Under the pieces are notes generated by a model that saw nothing but the letters and a program-made list of their open reading frames with translations, was not told where the DNA came from and searched no databases. A stretch of DNA of 64,000 nucleotides, from the NCBI GenBank assembly GCA_025603075.1, contig MU626353.1:17302-81301 (forward strand), written 5' to 3'. How positions within the stretch are numbered: the stretch's first letter is position 1; each line of letters opens with the position of its first letter. The position numbers and the translations under genes are program-made. This document shows, piece after piece, positions 49,142 to 60,445 of the stretch. The stretch comes from Neoconidiobolus thromboides FSU 785. Its lineage: Eukaryota; Fungi; Entomophthoromycota.

Positions 49142-50090
49142 TTTATTTTTCCTTAAAATCCTAAATTTCTCAATTTATTTATATCTTTGATTACAATGTA
49201 TATATTCTTAATTAGAACTCTTATTTCTCTTTTTTAGCCAAATAGATCATTATTTGGGGCCTATCTTCATTTTAACTAATTACTATTGATTACAATTATA
49301 CCGCTTTATTTATTTAGTTGTAATAGGCCATTAGATTATTCCTAACTTTTCTTTACAGATTCATCTTCATATAATTTATATAGTTAGCTAGAGATAAATA
49401 ACTGCAATGCTATAAAAGAATTTACAGAAAAATAATTTTATTTTCAGAGATAGAAAAAACATACTGTTGCAACTAATAACTCTCTTACTTTCATGTCCAT
49501 GAATTTATAAAGAAACATCAAGAACGATCTAATAAAATATAGCATTAAATTCAATCATAAAAGCTTATTTTTGATAAGCTTCTAAAAAATACATCCCTAT
49601 TTTTGAAGCTTTATACTAAATAAGGTCTTTGATTAAAACCTACTCCTTAGACCTTGTTGATTATGATAAAATAACGGGCAAAGATACAACTTAGGTTGTT
49701 GTAATGACATAATATTACGCGCAGCTTTGTTGCTTTAGCCAATCATAATCCTTTCGGTTTTTCTTACCAAAGCTCAATTAATTTATGACTAGCAGCTTCT
49801 CATCAAAAATACTCAGTAATATTTATAGTATAATCGATAAATTTAAAAATGGTTTAAATTTTAAAAAAACTCTAATTCTACTTTTCGTCCCATTTCCTAT
49901 CTAACGCGAAGTTCTTAGTAAACCATTAAATAAAACTGGGCAAAAAAACATTTTAATAAGTTATCTAAAATTAAAAGGGCAAATATTTTTGTAATCAGTA
50001 TTTAATTTGGAATTTCTGCTGAAAATCAGAATTGAGCATTTAAAAAGTTCTTTAACCCATATGTGGGAGGGGGACCATCTTAATTTTTAA

Positions 50091-50142
50091 ACCTTTTTCT
50101 ATTTTTAAGCGCTATTAAGTAAAAAATGCTAAAATTCTAAAA
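50091..50142 (-). mobile_element. MITE internal fragment
   Basis: CTTTTTCTATTTTTAAGCGCTATTAAGTAAAAAATGCTAAAATTCTAAAA. Confidence 0.55.
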
Positions 50143-51122
50143 AGCCTATTTTGAATAATAATTTAAGTGGCCTATTCTCATACTTATTATTAAAAATGTA
50201 TCTGTGATTTAAAATCCTAAACAATAACAATAAAAAACAATTTAAAATCAAAGGAAAAATAAAAATTAGAGTTTTTTAAATAACATATTCATTGTTTCTG
50301 TTTTGAGATCTAAAAATATTGAAAATTCAAGCTCTTTTTGGAACAAACGTTTATTTATTTCAATACAATCTTTAAATAAGATGCTCAAAGGTAACTTAGC
50401 TTTATAATCTCGATTATTAAGGCTTATTCTAACCAGAGAAATAGATATTTTAAAAACAATGTTACAAGTTTTACATAAATATAAGGTAAATGTGAATATT
50501 TGTATGTTGTATCATGGCTTTTAGTTAGACAGGTTGTCTAAAATATACTCAAATATAGTTTTAATTTCATTATAGTTACATATACTTAAATTGAACTTGT
50601 TTTAATAAAAAAGTTAGTTTTTTTATTTATATTTTAAATATTAATATTCAAATATAATATAGCACATGAAATGATACTATAATGAATTACTAATTTATAT
50701 ATACATGAAAATATTTTGTAGTATGTACCCAAAGAAAAGCTTTAATTTTATTAAAAATAAAAATTTGGTAGAAGGTTTAAATGTTCACACTACTTACCCT
50801 ATTCTATAGTTGGGTACAATTATTTAAAGCTGAATCCTATACAGCTTTACTTAGCCAATTCTAAATCGGGTACTAAAGCACTCAATATTCTTTGAGTATC
50901 GGATAGCTAATTATTCTCTCTTCTCCCCCTCCTTCCTCTTCATTTCCTCCTCCTACCTTTTCATTTAACTATTCTCATTATTTTCTTCAATAAATAAAGA
51001 CACTTTATGATGTAGTTTTCAAGACTCAAAAACCAAAATATATTATGATAATACCACTTTTTATTCCTGTGATTTTTTTATAATTGTAGATTAAATTTCG
51101 AAATCATGCTAAGATAGTGATT

Positions 51123-51227
51123 ATATGCGAGTGTTTTTTTTGACTTCACTATTTTTTCATTTTTTAAGCGCTATTTAAGCGGAAAATTTGTTAGTAAATT
51201 TTTAAACACAAAAATACATCCCCATAT
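51123..51227 (-). mobile_element. 105-bp MITE
   Basis: ATAT-GCGAGTG...CATCCCC-ATAT. Confidence 0.9.
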
Positions 51228-51567
51228 GTTCATCCTACTATTAAGAACTTTTGATAAATCTTGCTGAAATTGTTTATTAGTGAATGCTAATATTAGTATT
51301 AAAGTACAATAACCTACAGTTTAGCATTACAAACATTATTATGCTTTGCTAATGATATTTATATTAATTTTATAGTAGCCTTAAATACTTTTTTTAAATA
51401 GACAAGTTATAAATATTTTTTAGAGATTGTAAATTAAATTAATTGTTCTAATCTAAACATTATACCTGATCTTATTAATTAATTTCAAAATATTTATGTA
51501 ACACAGAAAATTTAATATATAAACAAATAAATAACACTCAAATATTTTAAATTTGAAGATAAACAAA

Positions 51568-52188
51568 ATGATTTCAAAAATTTTTCAAAGTATTATGAAC
51601 AAAATGCCTTCTCAAGAATCTAAAAATTCCACTTCAGACTTAGAAGAATATTTTGACCTTATTGGACTAAGAAAACCAAATCTCAAAGTGGCCAGTTATA
51701 CAGTAACGGTAGAAGGATTCTTTGAGAAGCAAGTGGAATTGGTAAACAAACAAAATGGTTTATCATGCAAAAGTATAATTTCAATCGAGGAAGCAAAATA
51801 TTTCAATAGATACAACTTATGTATGCTAAAATTAAATCAATGCAATTTCTCAAAAAGGATTACAAATTGGGAGATAATTACTTTTAATTGTTGTTCCAAA
51901 AGATATTCAGCTATTACGCTCGAATCCAAAACCTTGAATTTAGCCTTACTTTATCTTATCACTATGAATAAAAGGAGTGGAGAAATTATTAGGTACATAT
52001 GGATTCCAGCGCAATCTGGTTTTAAATGGACATTATTGGATTCTCGGTCATGTAATAAACTTTTGATATATAATGCTTGTTCAACCAAGGTGCATACTTT
52101 AAATCAGTACTATATTATTGAAGAAGAAGATTTAAACATTTTTTTATTTACTTTATCAATCATTATTGTTGACAATAAAAGCAAATAA
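51568..52188 (+). CDS. LOR-like family member 5
   Basis: First ATG at 51568; YTVTVEGFFEKQVEL; IEEEDLNIFLFTLSIIIVD. Confidence 0.75.
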   Translation: MISKIFQSIMNKMPSQESKNSTSDLEEYFDLIGLRKPNLKVASYTVTVEGFFEKQVELVNKQNGLSCKSIISIEEAKYFNRYNLCMLKLNQCNFSKRITNWEIITFNCCSKRYSAITLESKTLNLALLYLITMNKRSGEIIRYIWIPAQSGFKWTLLDSRSCNKLLIYNACSTKVHTLNQYYIIEEEDLNIFLFTLSIIIVDNKSK

Positions 52189-52720
52189 CGTTCAAAGGGC
52201 TGGTTTGAATCAAAAATATTATAGCTTTTTGGTCAGAGGATTTATCAGTATGTATATAGCTGTTAATTTCACTGTTAAATACTAAAGCATAGCTTTTGAA
52301 ATTGATTAATTACAATAAAATGCTTATTAAATGTGATGATTTTTTATATTGAATATACGTATTCTTTGATTAAGTATTAAAAAACTATTTACAGAAGTCA
52401 CTTGTTAATAATACGATACTATAAACCATAATAATTTCAAGTGTTATTTTATTTAAGTATCTTTTACTATTAATCTAGATTGCGAATTGATAACCTATAG
52501 GATAATGTATTCTTAACTAAATGCTATTATTATCCTAATTGCAGGATAAATTTATAACCATAACTTCTAAAATAGTGGCCAGATAAGGTTTTTTACCTTG
52601 GCGTTTATTTTAAATTTTATAAGCGTATTTATAGATGGCATTTTACTGCTTCAAAGATAGGTTTATAGAACGTTTATAGAACGTTAGTTAAAAATAGGTA
52701 AAATTAAAACTATTTTATAC

Positions 52721-52825
52721 ATATAGGGAGGTTTTTTTGATTTCATTACTTTCCTGTTTTTTAAGTGCTGTTTGAATGGAAAAATTGATAGTAAAATTCT
52801 TAAACATAAAAATATATCCTCATAT
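52721..52825 (-). mobile_element. 105-bp MITE
   Basis: ATAT-AGGGAGG...TATCCTC-ATAT. Confidence 0.85.
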
Positions 52826-52969
52826 ATTTGTCAAACTATATGCCCCTGAAATGAGTATTTTTGGCTTATCAATTTGCTTTCAGAGGTAGTAACTTAACTT
52901 TAAATATTTGAAAGACATCTTATAAATAAATCTAAACACTATTCTATCAAATCTAGTATTGGTAATATA

Positions 52970-53077
52970 ATATGACGATGTATTTTTGTGTTTAAGGATT
53001 TTACTATCAATCTTTCTGCTCAAATAGCGCTTAAAAGATAGAAAAAGTAATGAGACCAAAAAAACGCACCCTTATAT
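52970..53077 (+). mobile_element. 105-bp MITE
   Basis: ATAT-GACGATG...GCACCCTT-ATAT. Confidence 0.85.
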
Positions 53078-53352
53078 ATCTTAACAAAGTTAACTAAAAA
53101 ACATTTATAGTTTATTATAAAGTATTCATAATAATTTAATACTTATTTCACCTTCTTTTTATTGATAAAGTTTGAAAAATATCTCAAAAATCCATTTGAG
53201 CTCGTAAAAGCTATAATCATTTCATAGTTCTTATTTTTTCTGAAATTACTATTTATAACACTTGGAATTTTGCACCTTGATTTAAAATAACAATTCACCG
53301 CACAATCAGATATAAATAGTTAAAAAGAAAAAGTGAGATAATTTTCTATAAA

Positions 53353-53988
53353 ATGTTCAAAAGTCTTGATGTTAGACATAGTGATTTACCACCAAGTTAT
53401 GAAGAAATCACTCAAAATCAAAACTCAATAGGCAACGGTATTGAGAGTTCAATCAAAGATTTTAAACCTCAGGAATTCAAAGTAAAATATCAATCTGTAT
53501 TATCAAATAAAATAAAATTTAAGGGTGACAAAAATTACCAAATAGTAGTGGAAGTACATTCTGGTAAAGCCAAGCTTTTAAACAACGATCTGAGTAAACA
53601 TCTTTCATTAGAATACAAAAAAGGACTATCAAAGTCAACAGATTCCCTTGCTTGGGAAATAACCAAAAATAAACAAGTTGCAAAGACATATGAATCAATT
53701 ATAATGTTTAAGGAGTTAATTAATAAAGAAGCAAACTACATCATCCAAATGAAAGCCAAGGAAAATAAAAAAGTTTATTTAACATTGGAGCGTATTGAAA
53801 ATTCAAAAAATGACTGGGTGTTGTATTATAAAATCAATCCGAGTCTAGTGCTCTTATTATATTCAACCAATTTAGTAGCAGCTGACAGTTTAACTCAATA
53901 CTTTAAAATGACCGCTGAAGAGTTAGATGTGTATTTGCTTTGCCTGGCTTTCGTAATTAATAGTCATAAAAATAAGGACGTGTTGTAA
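53353..53988 (+). CDS. LOR-like family member 6 (211 aa)
   Basis: PPSY motif; TAEELDVYLLCLAFVIN. Confidence 0.75.
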   Translation: MFKSLDVRHSDLPPSYEEITQNQNSIGNGIESSIKDFKPQEFKVKYQSVLSNKIKFKGDKNYQIVVEVHSGKAKLLNNDLSKHLSLEYKKGLSKSTDSLAWEITKNKQVAKTYESIIMFKELINKEANYIIQMKAKENKKVYLTLERIENSKNDWVLYYKINPSLVLLLYSTNLVAADSLTQYFKMTAEELDVYLLCLAFVINSHKNKDVL

Positions 53989-53999
53989 TACAAGACTAT

Positions 54000-54330
54000 A
54001 TTCGCTCTTTCCTAGGATTGCTGTCATTAATAAAAGACGAATGTAGTCTTCCATACCGTATAAGATTACTGTTTAACGTCTTATTAGATGATTACTAAAT
54101 TATATTCTGACTACTACACCCTCATTTATGAAAATCCATGTACTATCTCTGATAACTGGATTTTTTAATGTTCCCTTTTATTTAAATAAAGTTACTATTA
54201 ACATCTGTTCAACCCCATATTTACAAAGAAAATCACTGTTGTAATACAGAACTTTGTTTAATGGTTTAATAAACTTCAAATCTATACTAAATATTTAAGA
54301 ATTTTCTCACTATGTTACTATTTAAGTATC
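54000..54330 (-). pseudogene. Possible highly decayed LOR-like 3' remnant
   Basis: DSTWIFINEGVVVRI*, KTLN, GMEDYIRLLLMTAIL resemble the family C-terminus across frameshifts. Confidence 0.35.
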
Positions 54331-55241
54331 AAAATAATATGATCACAGCAAACAGCCCATTACTTGGTTAAAAAAAACAGTTGAAATATATATGATCAAA
54401 TATTATATATATGACTAAACATGATTATGCTGATAATACAATACTTCTATTTGAATTAATTATCGAAATATCGAAATAATCTAGGTTGATAAGAGTGTAT
54501 TATTTTACGATAAATCTAATAAAATGTGTATCAAAATATAATTTATACTAAATTCTATCAAATAGGATTTATTTTTTTACCTCTTTGTTTTGAGTTTTAT
54601 TAAATTTCTTAAGCGACTACATGTATCACTTTTTATTTACATACACATCTAACTTTTTATATATTCTGCTTTTTTTTGTTTTATACCAAGCTATTAGCTT
54701 TGATGCTACCCTCGTGTAAAATTAATGGTAAACGGTAAGCGTTGGCGCAGTCGAACTTTAGCTCATAAACTATGTTCAAGATGTGTCTTATATTTAAACA
54801 AAAGATGCAAGCTATTGGTATTAATATTCATTTACAAAATTTGTTGCCTTTTTTCCTCCATGTTGTATTTTGTTATAGAGTCTTGACTGACATAATAAAT
54901 CCTTTAAGTTATTTATATCAAAATCGAAGTATAATTTGATCTTATTCTACACTGATTATAAAGTCCATTTAGCCTCCATCTGATCACTCAAAACTGATAA
55001 ATTTTTCATAATTTATAAAACTATTGATATTATAGCGCGTAATCTTAAGTAATAAGATTATTCTCTTTTACAATGACGCTTCTTTCAGTTTTGTAAAGTT
55101 TCTTTTTATTTAAGTTGGCCCGAAAATAAATTGAAATCTAAACGAAAATAAAAACTAAGTGGTCACTTAATAGACAAAAAAGTATAAATAGGGTCGTATT
55201 AAGATGAAATAAATCAAAAGATTAAAAAACAACTTTATTAA

Positions 55242-55889
55242 ATGAACAAACAGCCAGAACAATACTCTCTAGTACTTTCAAATAAAACTATGCCTGGTTA
55301 TGAGGAGACACCATCGCATTACGGAAGCAACAATCCACATAGTGAAAAAAAAGAATTGATTAACTATACTGTTAAAAAATCAGGGTGTGTAATGCGAAAT
55401 GTAACCATTAGTGACGACAAAAAGAGCATCACCTATATAAGCAATGTATTTATATTAACTGCTGATTTATTAAATGAACATGGGGAACCAGATTTAAAAA
55501 TTTCCCGTAGCAATTTTATACTATGGTACAGCATTTGGGATATTACCTATTTAAAAAGGGAAAATAAGGTTTATGACGATATAAAAATGGTTAAAAAAAG
55601 ATTTCAAATAATTCCAAGTTATACTATTAGAATGCATAAAAATAATGGCGAAATAAGCGAATATGAATGGTATCCGACTTCCTTTTTTTGCTGTTGTTGG
55701 GCCCTTTATAAAAAGAATATGTACGATGATAAGATTTTACAGTATAACAACCGCTTGTTTAAAGATAGCGAGTTATTTCAGTATAGATACATTGACCCGG
55801 ATGATTTGAGAATTTTCCTGTTAACAATTTCCTTTCTTACAATTCACTATGAGCGTCCTAATCATCAATCTAGCGTTATCTTTTACTAG
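55242..55889 (+). CDS. LOR-like family member 7 (215 aa)
   Basis: YTVKKSGCVMRNV; Cys cluster FFCCCW; IDPDDLRIFLLTISFLTIHYE. Confidence 0.8.
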   Translation: MNKQPEQYSLVLSNKTMPGYEETPSHYGSNNPHSEKKELINYTVKKSGCVMRNVTISDDKKSITYISNVFILTADLLNEHGEPDLKISRSNFILWYSIWDITYLKRENKVYDDIKMVKKRFQIIPSYTIRMHKNNGEISEYEWYPTSFFCCCWALYKKNMYDDKILQYNNRLFKDSELFQYRYIDPDDLRIFLLTISFLTIHYERPNHQSSVIFY

Positions 55890-56190
55890 CTTATTTGTTG
55901 TCATAGAATATACTAAATATGAACAAACTCACTATGTATATTAATAAATTGTATGCCAATTTAATCAAGGCTAAGATTTTATGTATGTTTTTCAAGTATA
56001 CGATGGGAGAAACCCACTTTAAGATTTATTAATTATTGATATTAAGGAAACCAAATAATATGATTATTTGATAATAAAATTTTAAATAGTAAAACTCTTC
56101 TCCTTTTTAATTTATATATTTCGTATAGTAAATAAAACATGAATAAAATTTTAATCATTATATCAAATATTTACAAAAAGATATACTCTA

Positions 56191-56890
56191 TCAAATTAAG
56201 AAGATGGACGAAAGTTTAATCAAAATTATGGTTTTAGTCTTATCATTCTTTTTAGTTTATGAGGATGAATAATCGTATTTGTAATAAAGATAATTTATTG
56301 TGTTAGATTTTAATAAGGTATGGGGATGTATTATGTTTAAGAATTTTACTAACAAATTTTCCATTTAAATAGCGCTTAAAAAATGGAAAAAATAATGAAG
56401 TCAAAAAAAACACCCCCATATCATCTCGATCTTCTATATTATAAAGGTAGAATTGGTCTGGTAATTTATTTACCGATTTCTGAATATACTCTGAAATTAC
56501 ATCCTGACTATTGGTAACTTTAATAATGTAAGTAAGTGGAGACTTAAAGCTTATCCTAGTTACTTCTATCTCCTTGATTTCCGGAGTTGTTGGTGAATTC
56601 AATAAGATATCCCATCGAATATTCTTTAAACTATATTTAATGTTTTTCGATGTTAGTTCAGCTTCTTCTTCCTGATTATGATATTTAGCACTTAATGTTT
56701 TTATGTTGACTTTGTATTTGATAATCCCATCTTCATTCACAAGTTTAAAATCTCTTCTTAAGATGTCATAGCGTTCAAGGATATATTTATTTATATAGTT
56801 AAGGTTCGGTCGATTTAACTTGGAGTAATTTAAGTCATTAGAGTCTACACCTTTATATTTAATTTAAGATATTCTTCTTAAAATGTTCAT
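56191..56890 (-). pseudogene. LOR-like pseudogene disrupted by a MITE and two stops
   Basis: ATG at 56890, TAA at codon 9, ILRRDFKLVNEDGIIKYKV; removing the MITE restores EDRDDILLK. Confidence 0.8.
56318..56421 (+). mobile_element. 105-bp MITE inserted in a coding sequence
   Basis: GTAT-GGGGATG...CACCCCC-ATAT. Confidence 0.9.
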
Positions 56891-57353
56891 CTTCAATTAT
56901 GTCAACTTTGATAAAAATGAGTTATTGAGCTGAAACATTCAATTGAAGTAAATAACTGTTATGTACTTTCGCGTAAATATGAAATATCAATGCTCGGAAT
57001 TGGTTTATAAATTAAATATTCTATATAGAAAATTAATAAATTTGTTAAAAAGCCCAAAGCTAAATTGTATTTTGCTTAATTTAATTTTTCCAAAATTTTA
57101 AAATGTGGCTAAAACAGGTTACTCCTTTTCGCCATATATATTTAAAACAGATTATTGAAATAGTACAAGTAGTTATGAATTCTACTAGAGTCATATCATA
57201 AAATTTAGAATTTAGAGTGTGGATCTGTTGAATTTTCTATCAAGATTAGTATACTTTATAAAAATTAAAAAAGTCGTAAATTCGAATATAGCCCCATCTT
57301 ATAAGGTCATTTATACTTGAAATATAAAAATCGATAAATAGATAATATTTACT

Positions 57354-57989
57354 TTATTCATGAAATACGATAAAAGATAACACTAAAAGGAATGTCTTAA
57401 TAATACCTTTAGATAAGTAAGAATATTGTACAATATTTCCATTACCACAAGTGTCAGCTTTATATTTCAAAATAATATCCTTAGATTGACCCTTAGGATA
57501 AATGTATAAACTGGTTGAAATAGGGAATGCTTTGAATATTTCGTACTCTACAAGGTTTCCACAAAGGTCGTATAGTACAATGTTATAAATTGTTTCATGC
57601 TGGAAATCCTTTTTGACTACTTCGACAGAAGGATAAAATTTAGTGTTATTGATTGTATACAAAATGACAAGGTTTCTTTCAGTACAATACCTATTAGCAT
57701 AATTTAAATCCATTACTTCAAAATTGTCATCAGTCAATTTTGCTCCTAATGCATCCACTTTTACACTATATACTGCTCCACTCTCCTCATTTAAATATCG
57801 AAAGTTTCTGTTTAAAAATCCATGTCTTAGAACAACACAATGGCCTTTATATTCAGACACAGTGATTGGGGAGGATGAATAATCGATACTAAGTTCAACT
57901 TCCTTAAAGTTTATGTGACATCTAGGTCTTGATATGGCACTTTGGTAGCTAACCTTTGATAAAGGCAAAAGCTGGCAATCGGAATACAT
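57354..57989 (-). CDS. LOR-like family member 8 (211 aa)
   Basis: VLRHGFLNRNFRYLNEESGAVYSVKV; GIIKTFLLVLSFIVFHE. Confidence 0.75.
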   Translation of the reverse strand: MYSDCQLLPLSKVSYQSAISRPRCHINFKEVELSIDYSSSPITVSEYKGHCVVLRHGFLNRNFRYLNEESGAVYSVKVDALGAKLTDDNFEVMDLNYANRYCTERNLVILYTINNTKFYPSVEVVKKDFQHETIYNIVLYDLCGNLVEYEIFKAFPISTSLYIYPKGQSKDIILKYKADTCGNGNIVQYSYLSKGIIKTFLLVLSFIVFHE

Positions 57990-58919
57990 TTTGGCTTAAA
58001 GTACATAAATTTATAAAAAAAGATAATAGATAGACTAGAAATAAACTAAACTATTTATACTCTCAGGTTTTAAATATACTACTTTATGTACTTTTAAGAA
58101 TAAATAGATTATAAGTAAGAATAATCCTTAAGAATTAAAATTTGACTTTATTTTAATATGAAATTAATGTTTAGTTATAATTCATATAATAATATTTAAT
58201 TAAAAATGCACCATTTATATTTTTATTAAACAGATTTTCTAGAATAGAAGTTTAATTTGGCTACGCATGGCTTAAAGTGAGAAAATAAAAAATCTATCAA
58301 CCTATTTAAGCAATTGTGTATGAATGATTCCTTGATGTGAATCCCTGGATTGGCATCCAAGGTTATTTTAATTATCTTTTATAGGCCCCGAAAGGGTCAT
58401 CTAGCTTGGTTGGTATAATTGAAAAGAAACTTAGAATCAAAAAGCTATTCAAAAACATAGCTTTAAATCGTCATTCAATAATACTATTTGCCTGATATCT
58501 TAATAATTCGTTATGGGAACACCATTTAATATAAATAAGGCTGTTGATTTTAAAGTAGTTTTAAATAAATTAAAGATACAAGGCTAAAAAATACAAAGTT
58601 TAAAATTTCTCACAAAAATAATATTCCAAATATTATTCCTCAGGTTTTTCAAGCTACTTTAAGTAACTTAAACAAAGGATATATATAAGGCAAAATATGA
58701 CCATTAATAATACTAAATGTAATAAACACTTAATTTTTTTTTATAAAATATTAAAGTCTATAGCTATCATTTTGAAATTAATTAATAATAGTATACCTTT
58801 AATTTCTAAATAAGTGAAAAAAACCTATACTGATTAATATTATCTCTAAACGGAATGTGATTAAGTAGTGACTAAAATAAAACCTGCAATAAAACGTAAA
58901 CTCTGTTGAAAGTACCAGC

Positions 58920-60445
58920 TTATTCGATTCCTAAAGTAGAATGAGATTGATGCTCTGGACGATGAGTAGATTCATAATCCAAGTGTACAAAAGCCCTTTC
59001 AACTTCAGGAATAGTTTCAAGCTTTTCCTAGATATCAAATTTAGTCTTTAGAGCTATAGATATTACTATAAGCATACTTGCAAGGTCTCCCCAATATCAT
59101 GACTTTCATGTAGTGGAGTTTGAGGATGTAAGACAATATCAACTTCAACAAATACATTGTTTCCTAAATGATAGGCACGACATGTATCAACTTGAACAAT
59201 TCTTTCATCATGAGTAACAGCTAACTATTAATTTGTAATTATAGAAAATGATAAGATTTACCAAGATAAGTCAATCTTTGAAGGAAATTTGGATCAGCAG
59301 ACTTTCCAACAATCAAATCAATTTGTTCTAGTAATTTGTTTTTTAGGATGGCTATTAGTTTATCAAAATATTAATACCTAAAGCAGTTGAAACCCAAGAG
59401 CGTAAAATAATAACAGCTACTAACAAACAACCTATTGGATCAATCCACCAAGCAAGTCGATGCCCTGTCACGTTGTTTAAACAATAGTTTATTGATTATA
59501 AAAAGATAATTACCCAAGATACTCATCGAGAGACCAAAAATATTTACGATTATATCGTTACGATGATCAAGTGCTAAGATTTTGGCACTAGGATATTGTG
59601 AAATTGCAATACAATAAATATATAAAAACATCTTTGAAACTAATTATTGTAAATTTTGCATTTTAAAAGTATGGATTTAAATACCTAATGCAAAAACAAC
59701 ACATAAAATACTAACCATATCAAGAGAGATAGCTGCCTCTTCAGAAGATAAAGCTTTTATGCCTTCAATCTTGGAATAAAAAAAAATTAAAATATAAATT
59801 TTTTCACTTAATATAATACCATAAGTTGAATGGAAACAGTTGACATTAACGATGAAAAAACAATGATACCAGCAGTTTCAAGTCTTGACTTTCCCTATAA
59901 ATATTGTTCATACTCACATTACTTATTATTTGATTATTCTTACTGTCGGATATTTAAAGTGATTTTTTCTTTCTGCAGCTTTCCCAGCTAACAAAAGAAT
60001 GACACTAGATAACAAATCCATAAATGCATCTGCCATTGTAGCAAATAAACTTAAAGACCCGGTCCTTAAGGCTGCATATAATTGTAATAAAAACAAAAGG
60101 ACATTAGCAGCTACTGAGCCATAAATTGCAATTTTGAGCTTTAAAAGAGTCAGTTTTAATGATAATATAAACAAAATTAAAAACCTTCAAAAGATTCTCA
60201 CTATCATCTTCTGGGGGAACAATTGGAGCCAATAATTCATCAATCAAGTCGTTTTGTTTTAAATAAAATGAATGAGAGGTGTGTTTCCCATCACGTTTTA
60301 ATTGTTCTAACTCTTGAATTGATTTTCTTTTAGTTAATAATTGTAAAGGATCATTGACTGCAGTTAAATTGCTATCGTAAGACTGTCTGTTACTTCCTTC
60401 TTCAAGTAATCGTTGATTTGCATTTGATCCACTATTAGATTCCAT
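58920..60445 (-). CDS. Cation diffusion facilitator (Mn-CDF/MTP-like) metal transporter, multi-exon
   Basis: [25 protein letters not shown]-terminal [17 protein letters not shown]. Confidence 0.9.

Noticed and set aside
50052-50075. piggyBac-like end TTAA-CCCATATGTGGG
   Set aside because: No matching opposite end or transposase in the window
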